Assembly: GCA_965237955.1 (NCBI GenBank)
Contig: OZ250169.1
Span: 6,240,001 to 6,304,000 of the forward strand
From: Candidatus Marinacidobacterales bacterium
Lineage (GTDB): Bacteria > Acidobacteriota > Vicinamibacteria > Marinacidobacterales > SMYC01
Direction of reading: 5' to 3'
DNA: 64,000 nucleotides
The position numbers and the translations under genes were made by a program. Below the pieces are notes generated by a model. It made no database searches and was not told the origin of the DNA. It worked only from the letters and a program-made list of their open reading frames with translations. Shown here one piece after another: positions 10,031 through 19,152 of this stretch. The first letter of the stretch is position 1; each line of letters opens with the position of its first letter.

Positions 10031-10062
10031 CGTGCCCGTGCCCGTGTGCGTGCCCGTGCCCG
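10031..10062. repeat. Hexamer tandem repeat (CGTGCC)x5
   Basis: cgtgcc cgtgcc cgtgtg cgtgcc cgtgcc cg, intergenic. Confidence 0.8.
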
Positions 10063-10097
10063 ATCTTTTCCTACAACGTCACCCGAAGACTCGAAGC

Positions 10098-11593
10098 CTA
10101 GGTGCCGCCCAGGGCGTCCTTCATCACGTCGTGTACGTGGGTGTTGTCGTAGATGCCCCGCAGTCCCTCCGCTCCGGGTCCGCGTCCGAAAGTCAGCATC
10201 GGCGCTCCGTGGTGTGTCCGCCGGTCGACCACACGACAAACGTGTGACGGGCGAGGGCGCGGCCAAGCAGGCACGCGGGGTTGCTTTCCGTATCGCCGTA
10301 GAAGTGGCGGAAATCCTCTATCCACGCGTTCCCTTCGGAATCTCTCACCAACGCCTCACGAGCCTCTTCCATCGTCATCGACAAACTGGTGTGCTCACGA
10401 ACCGTCTCGATGAGGCGCTCGGGTGAGCCCGCTGCCTTTGCCAGCATGTAACCGAACGAGGCCGATTGGTTACGCAAGAGCTCGAGGTGACGTCTTTCCG
10501 GATAACGATGATCCGGGTGGTACGACAGACCGCTCGGTAGCGCTTGCCATTCGGGCTGCCCGTCGAAGTCTCCGTAGGTAAACGTAAACCCACCGGTCCC
10601 GTGGTCCGCGGTCACGATGACGAGCGTCTCCGGATGCGCGCGTTGGAAGTCGATACCTGCGCCGAGTGCGGCGTCGAAATCGAGGATCTCGTTCAGCATC
10701 GCCCCTGCGTCGTTGTCGTGCCCGCCGTAGTCGATACGACCCCCTTCGACCATCAGGAAGAAGCCGGCCTCCGAGCGAGAGAGCACTTCTAGCGCCGCTT
10801 GCGTCGAGTCCTTCAGGCTCGGCACGCCATCGAGCCCCAGGTTGCGGGTGTCGACGACGTACGGCACATGGGACGCGGCAAACAGACCGAGAAGCTTCTT
10901 CGCATCTCGAGACGCTCGTGCGAGTGAGTGACGGTCAGAGACGATCGTGTATCCTCGCTCCTTCGCCTCGGCGATGCGATCGAGCTCGTCGAGACGGTGA
11001 GAGCCGCCGTCGAGCTCTCGGGGGATGTCTGGCAGAAACTCGGACACGCGGCGGCCGTTCGGTATGAGCGCTCGCGCTCCGCCACCGAGGAGCACGTCGA
11101 CGTCATGCTCGAACACCACCTGATCCAAAATGACGGGTTCCGACTCGTAGCGGGAGATGACGTGCGCAGCGAAGCCGCCGGGCGTCGCATGGGATAGAAG
11201 CATGTTCGTTACCAGCCCTGTCGCCAACCCCCGGCCCTCGGCCCACTCCAGGATCGTTTCCGTTCGATAGCCGGACGGACTCAGGCCCAATGTCCCATTC
11301 CTCGCCTTGATCCCGGTGGCGAGCTGCGAGGCGGCGGCGGCCGAATCGGTGACTTGGCTTCCGTACGCGCTCGCGAGCGCGTAGCCGGTGTTGCCGTCTT
11401 TCATCAGCCGCTCCAGGTTCAGCTCACTACCCTCCACCATGCGTGCGTATCGGATGCCGAGCGCCATTTGCCCTGCGCCCAAACCGTCACCGATGAAAAG
11501 AATGACGTTCTTCGCGCGGGCATCCTCTTCGGCGCTCGTCGCGGTGACAGCGCGAAACAGACAAACCAGAAACATCATCGAACGCAGTTTCAC
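10098..11593 (-). CDS. phoA: Alkaline phosphatase (PhoA family), frameshifted near 10200-10206
   Basis: NVILFIGDG, VTDSAAAAS, VEGGRIDYGGHDND, TADHGTGG, GGHT; C-terminus PMLTFGRGPGAE...DNTHVH is in another frame; signal peptide; AGGAG RBS. Confidence 0.82.
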
Positions 11594-11674
11594 ATCTCCT
11601 CCTTGACCACTAGTGTGCCCGCGCGATGATACCTTCTTGCCGGCCGAGCGGCGACTTCGCTACAATCTCGCTCG

Positions 11675-12730
11675 CTAGGAATCGAGGTCGTTGATCGCGT
11701 CGATGAGCTGTCGCAGCCGCCCGAAGTCTTTCCGGTTGAAATCGAGCTCGATACGGCCCGGACGATGCAAGTCCGTGCCCACATCTTCCGGTAGCGGTTG
11801 CGTGCGCGCGATCGCTCCCGAGCGCAGGATGTCGGCAAAGCGATCGTTCAACGACGCGATCTCGTCATCGGTCACTTCTCGCTCGAGGCGAATGAGAAGC
11901 TTGTTGCCGACGTAGCGAGACGAGTGGTACACCCGATAGAAGCGCAGCACTTCTTTACAAGCTTGCTCAGGTTTTTTGACGATTCGGTAGAGCGCTTGGT
12001 CCTGTTCCGAGATCAAACCGTTCCCGAGCATGCGCGCTTCGATGAACCGCACCAGATCCTTGAAGTAGCCGGTCTCGGGACTCTCGACCATCACCACCGG
12101 AAGCGGCGTCTGCTTGCCGGTCTGCAGCAACGTCAGCACTTCGAAGCACTCGTCGAGGGTGCCGAACCCGCCGGGAAACAACGTCACCGCGTGCGATTCC
12201 TTCAGCAAGAACAACTTCCGTGTGAAGAAATAGCGGAAGTTCATGAGCTTCTTGTCGCCGCGAATCGTCTCGTTGGCCTTCTGCTCGAACGGAAGCTTGA
12301 TATTCACACCGATACTGAGATTGCGTCCCGCGCCTTCGTGAGCCGCACCCATGATGCCGCTTCCGGCTCCGGTGACTACCATCCACCCGGCGTCCGCCAT
12401 GAGCTTTCCGTACTCGAGAGCACGAGCGTGGTCCGCGTGGGAAGCCTCGGTACGTGCCGAGCCGAAAACCGTCACTTTCCGAGCCTGTCGAAACGGCGTG
12501 AACACTTTGAAAGCGTGCCGCATCTCTTTCAATGCGGCGTTCGCGATCTTGAGGTCGATGCGCTTGGCGCAGTCGATGCCAAGGCGCAGCGCCGTCACCG
12601 CGATCTCCTGAACGTATCGTCGCTCGGCGTCGATACAACACTGGTTTACCAGTTCTTGGAGCTTCTGATCGAGCTCGGGATCGCCCGTCGACGATCGTGA
12701 GGCGGACGCTAGCTTCGTTTTCTGATTCAT
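11675..12730 (-). CDS. LOG family (Rossmann-fold phosphoribohydrolase-like) protein
   Basis: VTVFGSART, TGAGSGIM, FRYFFTRK and PGGFGTLDE motifs. Confidence 0.88.
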   Translation of the reverse strand: MNQKTKLASASRSSTGDPELDQKLQELVNQCCIDAERRYVQEIAVTALRLGIDCAKRIDLKIANAALKEMRHAFKVFTPFRQARKVTVFGSARTEASHADHARALEYGKLMADAGWMVVTGAGSGIMGAAHEGAGRNLSIGVNIKLPFEQKANETIRGDKKLMNFRYFFTRKLFLLKESHAVTLFPGGFGTLDECFEVLTLLQTGKQTPLPVVMVESPETGYFKDLVRFIEARMLGNGLISEQDQALYRIVKKPEQACKEVLRFYRVYHSSRYVGNKLLIRLEREVTDDEIASLNDRFADILRSGAIARTQPLPEDVGTDLHRPGRIELDFNRKDFGRLRQLIDAINDLDS

Positions 12731-12773
12731 GAGTCGATCATAGCAAACGCAGTTGCGCGCTCACCGAAGCGGC

Positions 12774-14135
12774 TCACAACCAGATGTAGCGCACCAAAAA
12801 AAACAGCGCGACCACGTGAACCGGCCAATGAAGCTCCCGGTGCCGGCCGCTCACGAGGTAGAGGGCCGAAGTCGAGATAAATCCGAACGCGATACCTTCG
12901 GTAATGCTGGTGGTAAGCGGCATCATGATCGCCGTCAGAAACGCGGGGATCGCCTGGTGAGGTGCCGACCAGTCGATCTTCCCGACGGATACCATCATGA
13001 ACACGCCGACGAGGATGAGCGCCGGCGCGAGTGTGGGATAGAGGGTCACCCCGTCCCCTGCGTCGAAGCGCCCCCCGACGACCTGAAGAAGCGGAAAGAA
13101 AAAGACCGAAACGGCGAACAAGCTCGCGGTCACGATCGAGGTAAGCCCGGTGCGGCCTCCGGCAGCGACGCCGGCGGCGCTCTCCACGTAGCTGGTGACG
13201 GTGGACGTACCGAAGAAGCCTCCCGCGACCGAGCCGGCCGCATCCGCGAGGAACGCCTCCCGTGCTTTCGGAAGCTGGCCGCCTATTGTGAGACCCGCGC
13301 GTTCGCTCACCCCAATCAACGTTCCGACGGTGTCGAACAGATCCACGAAAAGAATCACGAAGACCACGGCGAAGATTTCGCGCTGGCGAAACAGACCCCG
13401 GAAGTCCGCAGCGAAAAAGTCGGCGCCCATGGAATCGGGGAGCCCGATGATCCCCTGGAACTCGCTCTGACCTGTGAGCACCGCGACCACCGTCGATGCG
13501 AGAATCCCAAAAACGAGTGCCGCAGGAACACGTAACACCGTCAGCACCGACATCACCGTGAGACCGAAGAGCGTTAGAAGCGCCGCCGAGCTTCCGAGGT
13601 CGCCGAGGCCGATGTAAGTACCAGGCGCGGCGACAACAATACCTCCCCAGCGAAGACCCACCAGCGCAATGAGGAGGCCGATCCCGACGCCCATGCTCGT
13701 CTTCAAGTGATCTGGGATCCACTCGATCAACCGTGCCCGCAACCTCCACACCGACGCCAGCATGAAGAGGCCGCCCGCGACCACGACTGCTGCCAGCGCC
13801 TCGTGCGCCGTATAGCCGTAGCCACCCATCGCGACCGGGCCACAGATGGTGAAGGCAAAAAAGAAGTTCTGCCCCATGCCAGGAGCGAGAGCGATGGGGT
13901 AATTGGCGCTTACGGCCATCCACAACGTCGCAAACGCCGATGCGAGGCAGGTCGCGAATATCACCGCGCCCGGATCCATCCCGGTAGTGGTCAGCACCGC
14001 CGGGTTGACGAGAATGATGTAGCACATGGCCATGTAGGAGGTCACGCCGGCCAGAAGCTCTGTCTTGACGGAGCTTCCTCGCTCTTGGATCCTGAAGGTC
14101 CTTTCTAGCCAAGGGATTAGGGAGTTGTCACTCAT
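12774..14135 (-). CDS. NCS2/AzgA-type purine permease
   Basis: YIILVNPAVL, APGMGQNFFFAF, FVDLFDTVGT, TSTVTSYVESAAG. Confidence 0.9.
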   Translation of the reverse strand: MSDNSLIPWLERTFRIQERGSSVKTELLAGVTSYMAMCYIILVNPAVLTTTGMDPGAVIFATCLASAFATLWMAVSANYPIALAPGMGQNFFFAFTICGPVAMGGYGYTAHEALAAVVVAGGLFMLASVWRLRARLIEWIPDHLKTSMGVGIGLLIALVGLRWGGIVVAAPGTYIGLGDLGSSAALLTLFGLTVMSVLTVLRVPAALVFGILASTVVAVLTGQSEFQGIIGLPDSMGADFFAADFRGLFRQREIFAVVFVILFVDLFDTVGTLIGVSERAGLTIGGQLPKAREAFLADAAGSVAGGFFGTSTVTSYVESAAGVAAGGRTGLTSIVTASLFAVSVFFFPLLQVVGGRFDAGDGVTLYPTLAPALILVGVFMMVSVGKIDWSAPHQAIPAFLTAIMMPLTTSITEGIAFGFISTSALYLVSGRHRELHWPVHVVALFFLVRYIWL

Positions 14136-14210
14136 TGTGCTAATATGTATTGTTTGTGGTGGACGAGGGTATGCTGCTCGGCTCTCTCGACTTCCTTCAA
14201 GGAGGATTCA

Positions 14211-14480
14211 GTGGCTCATAGTCTTTCCGCTATCAAGCGGGTGCGGCAGAACGAGAAGCACCGCCTACGTAACCGCGCCGACCGGACGCGGCTGCGGACT
14301 CAGATCAAGAAGCTTCGACAAGCCATCGACGCCAACAAAGCCGAAGAGGCGCAAAAGCTCATGCCCGAGACCATCTCGCTCATCGACGTCATGGTCAAGA
14401 AAGGCGTGCTTCACGACAACACCGGAAGCCGCTACAAATCTCGACTCAACCGCCGACTTGTCGCCCTGTCGGCGAGTTGA
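14211..14480 (+). CDS. rpsT: 30S ribosomal protein S20
   Basis: GTG start after AAGGAGG; SAIKRVRQNEKHRLRN...KGVLHDNTGSRYKSRL. Confidence 0.95.
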   Translation: MAHSLSAIKRVRQNEKHRLRNRADRTRLRTQIKKLRQAIDANKAEEAQKLMPETISLIDVMVKKGVLHDNTGSRYKSRLNRRLVALSAS

Positions 14481-15510
14481 CGCCCCGACCTCGCGCACAG
14501 AGCGATATCGTCAAACTCTCCAGCACCAGTCGTGCCGGGAGCTCGCTGGATTTGAGGATGCGATCCGTGTCCGCGAGTCTGCGAAGGGCGTTGGCCAGGC
14601 CGGCGCGATCGAATCGTCGCGCGGCCTCGGAAAGGCCCTTGACCGCGTATGGCGGAACCCCCAGAATGCGCGCCAGGTTCGCCCCACCGCGTCCACCTGA
14701 CGAGCTGGCTTGAACCTCCTTGGTCACTCTGAGCTGTCCAAAGAGACGATCGACGAGTGCGAGGATTTTGAGGGGAGGCTCCCCTTCCTCGAGCAATCGC
14801 CCGAGCTGTCGCAGCGCTTGCGCGGAGTTTCCCGCACCGACAGCATCGACGAACTTGAAGATGCTTTGAGCTTTCCCCCGCCCGAGAACGGTAGCAATCG
14901 TCTCGAGATCCATTTTCTTTCCGCCGCTCGGCAGGCTGGGCAAGCTGTACAGCGAGAGCTTCTCGAGCTCGTTTAGGAGCCGTCTGAGATCGGTGCCGAA
15001 CTCCGCGACGAGATAGCGGACGGCGTCGCGACCGAGTGGCAACTCCCGCTGAAAAGCTTGTTCTAAGACCCACTCTTCGAGCTCGACGGATTTCGGCGCA
15101 TCGCAGGAAACGACCGTCGTCGTTTTCTCTACCTGTTTCCACGCCTTCCGCCGCTTGTCGGGCGTTTTCGAAAGCTCGAGAACGAGAATCGTCGAAGGCG
15201 ACGGATTCCCGATGTAGCCCTGAAGCTCTTCCGATTTTTCCAGAAGCTTCTGGGCGCGCTTCACCACGACGACGCGACATCCGCCCAACATCGGGAGCAG
15301 GTTCGCGGCCATCGCCACGTGCGCGCCGTCTGAGTCTTCGCCGTCGAACCGCTCGTAGTTGAACGGCGTCCTTTCACCGTCCACAGCACTCTCGGTGAGC
15401 GCGTTCACGGCGAGCTCGCGTAGGAGATCTTGACTCCCTATTACGACGTAGACGGGGTCGAGCTTGCCGTTTTTGAGATGTTGCGGAAGCTTGTAATAAG
15501 AAAGCTTCAT
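14446..15510 (-). CDS. holA: DNA polymerase III delta subunit
   Basis: PVYVVIG, FNYERFDG, LLNELEKLSLY; leuS-lptE-holA synteny. Confidence 0.9.
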   Translation of the reverse strand: MKLSYYKLPQHLKNGKLDPVYVVIGSQDLLRELAVNALTESAVDGERTPFNYERFDGEDSDGAHVAMAANLLPMLGGCRVVVVKRAQKLLEKSEELQGYIGNPSPSTILVLELSKTPDKRRKAWKQVEKTTTVVSCDAPKSVELEEWVLEQAFQRELPLGRDAVRYLVAEFGTDLRRLLNELEKLSLYSLPSLPSGGKKMDLETIATVLGRGKAQSIFKFVDAVGAGNSAQALRQLGRLLEEGEPPLKILALVDRLFGQLRVTKEVQASSSGGRGGANLARILGVPPYAVKGLSEAARRFDRAGLANALRRLADTDRILKSSELPARLVLESLTISLCARGRGVNSPTGRQVGG

Positions 15511-15515
15511 GAAAA

Positions 15516-16070
15516 TCAGAAAGCTTCGAGGATGCTGCTTACGAGCGACTTCGCGAACTCTTCGGCGAGCCGTTGTAGCGTCAAACCTTCTTGATCGAAA
15601 AACTCTTCCGGATCTTCTCCGATCTCGTAGTCGTCGCGAAACTGGAAGCTGTTACTGGACCAGATCACGTCGTCCTGCACGAGGTCTTTGAACTCCACCT
15701 GGGCCCGCACGACCACGGTGTAGGTGGCGGCCTGGTTCGCGTCGCCGACGTTGCCACCACCTTCCAACACCGATGGTGCCGACGTCAGGGAAAGCACCAC
15801 GCCATGCATCACCGCGTCGGCGCCCGCCTCCTCCGCTTGAATCTTGTACTTCCCGCGAGAGTTGAACTCTTCGACCACCTTGAGCGTGAAGAGCTCTTCG
15901 ACCTCGATCTGGTCGCTTCGGTTCTCGAACGTCGGGATGGCAATGACCGCGATATAGTCCGGCAGAAAGTTTCCGCGCCCGGCAAGACTGTAGCCGCAGC
16001 CGGACATGCCTAACAGGCCCAGCAAGCCCAGCAGCGAGACCAACATGCACGCGACAACGAGGCTCCTCAT
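15516..16070 (-). CDS. lptE: LPS assembly lipoprotein LptE
   Basis: Lipobox MSGC-GYSL; lies between leuS and holA. Confidence 0.85.
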   Translation of the reverse strand: MRSLVVACMLVSLLGLLGLLGMSGCGYSLAGRGNFLPDYIAVIAIPTFENRSDQIEVEELFTLKVVEEFNSRGKYKIQAEEAGADAVMHGVVLSLTSAPSVLEGGGNVGDANQAATYTVVVRAQVEFKDLVQDDVIWSSNSFQFRDDYEIGEDPEEFFDQEGLTLQRLAEEFAKSLVSSILEAF

Positions 16071-18589
16071 CCGTCTGGCTCCTGTGCGAGCGCATCGAAA
16101 ACGACGACGTTGACGAGCCGGTTCGGCACGACGACCACCCGGCGCACCTCTTTGCCGTCGATGAGCCCTTTGATCTTCTCGTCCCCGAGCGCGAGGCGCT
16201 TCACTTCGTCCTCTTCCTGATTCACGGGCAAGGAAAGCCGACTACGCACTTTTCCGTTCACTTGGACGACGAGCGTCACTGTGTCTTCGGTGGCGATCTC
16301 ACGGTCGTAGCCCGGCCAGGTTGTCGCGGTGAGCCCCTTACGGTTTCCAAGGCTTTGCCACATCTCCTCCGCGATGTGCGGCGCGAACGGATTCAACAGA
16401 AGGACGACCGCTTCCGTGGCTTCCCGTATCGCCTTCCACGTATCCGAGCGGTACGGCCGCGGCTCGATCGCTTTATAGAGCTCGTTCACGAGCTCCATGA
16501 TGGCGGCGATGGCGGTGTTCAAGTGCAACCGCTCTTCGATGTCCCTGGTCACTTTCCGGATCGTTTGGTGTGTCTTCCGACGGAGCGCGACTTCGAGCTC
16601 GTTCCACTCCTCGTTTCCTTCCATTGGAGACGCGGACTTCAATGCGTCCGACTCGTTGGCAACGAACCGCCACACGCGCTGGAGAAACCGCGAAGGTCCC
16701 TCGAGGCGTTGGTCGGTCCAATTGACTTCCTTCTCCGGCGGGGCCTCGAACAGCACGTACATTCGAGTGGTGTCGGCTCCGTAGCGGGCGATGACTTCGT
16801 CCGGCTCGACGATATTGCCCTTGTTTTTGGACATCTTCGCGCCGTCTTTGATCACCATGCCCTGTGAGAGCTGAGTTGCCACCGGCTCGTCGATGTCGAC
16901 GAGACCGAGATCTCGCATCATCTTCGTCCAGAACCGACAGTACGTCAGATGCAGAATCGCGTGCTCGATCCCGCCGATATAGAGGTCGATCGGAAACCAG
17001 TATTTGACGACATCGGAGCGGAACGGCATCTCCGAGTACTTCGGGTCGCAGTAGCGATAGAAGTACCACGACGAGTCCACGAAGGTATCCATGGTGTCGG
17101 TTTCACGACGAGCGGTCCCGCCGCACTCCGGACACGTGGTTTTCATGAACGCTTCGTTCTCGCTGAGCGCGGACTCGCCTTTGCCGGTGATATTCACGTC
17201 GCGCGGGAGGATGACCGGAAGATCCTCCTCGCGAACCGGCACAATCCCGCACGCCTCGCAGTGCACCATGGGTATCGGCGTACCCCAATAGCGTTGCCGG
17301 GAGATACCCCAGTCGCGAATCTTGTACGTCACCGCTGTTTTGCCGAAGCCTTCGTTCTCAGCATGCGCGGCCATCGTCTCCAGGGCTTCTTTGGACGGAA
17401 GACCGGTGAACTGGCCCGAATCCACGACGGTACCGTAGTCGGAGAACGCGGCGGCGAGGGTTTCTGAGCTCGCGTCTCCATCCTGGGTTTGGATCACGAC
17501 ACGGATGGGAAGATCGTATTTCTTCGCGAACGCGAAATCTCTTTCATCGTGAGCGGGCACAGCCATGACCGCGCCGGTCCCGTAGTCCATCAACACGTAA
17601 TCAGCGACCCAGATGGGAACTTTCTCGCCCGTGAACGGATTGACCGCGTCATGACCGGTTGCGATTCCTGTTTTCGCGCGGTCGTCCGCGAGGCGGTTTT
17701 CTTTGTCTTCCGACTTCGCTTTTTGGATGTAGGCGGCGAGCTCGGCGTGCGAGCTCGCGAAACGCTCGGCGAGCGGGTGCTCGGGTGCGAGCACTACGAA
17801 CGTTGCACCGTAGATGGTGTCGAGTCTGGTGGTGAAGACGCGGATCGCGTCGTCCCTATCGGTGCCATCGGCGCTATCGGCGAGAGAGAAGTCGATCTCG
17901 GCGCCTTCCGAGCGGCCAATCCAATTTTGTTGGAGCGTCAGGACCGTCGCCGGCCATCCCTCCAAGGTCTCCATCGCCTGGAGGAGCTCGTCAGCGTAAT
18001 TCGTGATCCGGAGAAACCACTGTTCGAGCTCTTTGGGAACCACTTCGGCATCGCACCGCCAACAGCGCCCATCGATCACTTGCTCGTTGGCGAGCACGGT
18101 TCTGTCGATGGGACACCAGTTCACAGCCGCCTTTTTTCGGTAGGCGAGGTTCTTCTTCCACATCTGGATGAAGAACCACTGATTCCACCGGTAGTACTCC
18201 GGGTCGCACGTCGCAAACTCCCGCTCCCATGCGTACGAAAAGCCCAACCGTCGGAGCTGGGTCTTCATGTGCTCGATATTCGATCGAGTCCAATCCTCCG
18301 GATGCTCGCCGTGTTTGAGGGCGGCGTTTTCCGCAGGCAAACCGAGCGCGTCCCACCCGATGGGATGAAGCACATTGAATCCGCGCATCTTCTTGAAGCG
18401 CGCGACGACATCTCCAATGGAGTAGTTGCGCACATGCCCCATATGGATTTTGCCCGACGGGTAGGGCAACATTTCGAGGCAGTAGTACTTCGGACGTTTC
18501 GGGTCTTCGGTGACTTCGAAGACCCGACTATCGAGCCATTTCTTCTGCCACTTGAGCTCGATCGCCTCGTGATCGTAGGGCTTGGTCAT
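16067..18589 (-). CDS. leuS: Leucine--tRNA ligase
   Basis: PYPSGKIHMGH and KMSK motifs; start re-set to MTKPYDH (the upstream extension runs into a repeat). Confidence 0.97.
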   Translation of the reverse strand: MTKPYDHEAIELKWQKKWLDSRVFEVTEDPKRPKYYCLEMLPYPSGKIHMGHVRNYSIGDVVARFKKMRGFNVLHPIGWDALGLPAENAALKHGEHPEDWTRSNIEHMKTQLRRLGFSYAWEREFATCDPEYYRWNQWFFIQMWKKNLAYRKKAAVNWCPIDRTVLANEQVIDGRCWRCDAEVVPKELEQWFLRITNYADELLQAMETLEGWPATVLTLQQNWIGRSEGAEIDFSLADSADGTDRDDAIRVFTTRLDTIYGATFVVLAPEHPLAERFASSHAELAAYIQKAKSEDKENRLADDRAKTGIATGHDAVNPFTGEKVPIWVADYVLMDYGTGAVMAVPAHDERDFAFAKKYDLPIRVVIQTQDGDASSETLAAAFSDYGTVVDSGQFTGLPSKEALETMAAHAENEGFGKTAVTYKIRDWGISRQRYWGTPIPMVHCEACGIVPVREEDLPVILPRDVNITGKGESALSENEAFMKTTCPECGGTARRETDTMDTFVDSSWYFYRYCDPKYSEMPFRSDVVKYWFPIDLYIGGIEHAILHLTYCRFWTKMMRDLGLVDIDEPVATQLSQGMVIKDGAKMSKNKGNIVEPDEVIARYGADTTRMYVLFEAPPEKEVNWTDQRLEGPSRFLQRVWRFVANESDALKSASPMEGNEEWNELEVALRRKTHQTIRKVTRDIEERLHLNTAIAAIMELVNELYKAIEPRPYRSDTWKAIREATEAVVLLLNPFAPHIAEEMWQSLGNRKGLTATTWPGYDREIATEDTVTLVVQVNGKVRSRLSLPVNQEEDEVKRLALGDEKIKGLIDGKEVRRVVVVPNRLVNVVVFDALAQEPDG

Positions 18590-18630
18590 AGAAGTGCCAA
18601 TTCTAGCACGCAAAGATCCGTGCAGAATGC

Positions 18631-18774
18631 GCCATCGGCCATAAGCCATAAGCCGTCAGCCATCAGCACGGTCGAGTTGCACGCGCTTCGACGCTACAGC
18701 GGCGGCTCCGTTTGCGCCGTCCTTGGCAAGGGCAGTTCCGTCCTGCTGATGGCTGATGGCTGATGGCCGCTGGC
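18631..18774. repeat. Palindromic heptamer element: (GCCATCA)x5 - spacer - (TGATGGC)x4
   Basis: Left arm 18631-18668 and right arm 18744-18774 are imperfect reverse complements. Confidence 0.85.
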
Positions 18775-18877
18775 GTAACTGAGCGTCCTCCGAAGGAGAC
18801 TCCAATCCAGGCCAACATCTCCCTACGGAGACAACCCGGCACTTGCCTGGATGGACCACAACAACTATCTGTCTTAT

Positions 18878-18921
18878 TTTCAGTTAGTTACGGATCTGGC
18901 TCCTTTTGGCACTCGTTTTGC
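18878..18921 (+). promoter_or_regulatory. sigma54 promoter with upstream IHF-like site
   Basis: TGGCACTCGTTTTGC at 18907-18921 (GG-N10-GC); TTTCAGTTAGTTA at 18878-18890 has 2 mismatches to WATCAANNNNTTR. Confidence 0.72.
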
Positions 18922-18930
18922 CTATGGATA

Positions 18931-19152
18931 GTCCGTGAAGTTGCAATAAGGCCTCGGCGTGGACGGGGCGGTCGAAGTATCGAGGCTGCTGGGATTGGGC
19001 TGGGATGCTTGTGGCTTAGGCGGCGGCGAGTGTAGCCAGGGTTCCCAGCACTTTCCTGGCATCATCGACTGCTTCGACAATCGTCTCGGATTGATACCGT
19101 GCCGGAGCAGGAGGGGCGATAGCTTACCGGCTATCGCCCCTCTCACCTTTCT
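18931..19152 (+). ncRNA. Putative sigma54-dependent small RNA (~220 nt), family not recognised
   Basis: Lies between the promoter and terminator; long imperfect rod 18964-19088 with many G-U pairs; no credible ORF. Confidence 0.62.
19111..19152 (+). terminator. Intrinsic terminator
   Basis: Perfect 13-bp stem GAGGGGCGATAGC/GCTATCGCCCCTC, 6-nt loop, then TCACCTTTCTT. Confidence 0.75.

Noticed and set aside
10193-10195. TGA ending the alkaline phosphatase ORF as a second Sec codon
   Set aside because: The homologous sequence continues in a different frame, so this is a frameshift and not readthrough.
14446-14480. 35-bp convergent overlap of rpsT and holA
   Set aside because: Common arrangement for this gene pair; the holA tail is low-complexity.
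18590-18900. T-box or riboswitch upstream of leuS
   Set aside because: No T-box consensus or recognisable aptamer; leuS has its own TGCTAGAAT -10 element close to the start.
18931-19152. Identity of the sRNA as 6S or SRP RNA, or coding by ORF 18959..19333
   Set aside because: No large central bubble and no SRP GGAA-loop motif; the ORF lacks an RBS, crosses the terminator and runs antisense into the TPR gene.
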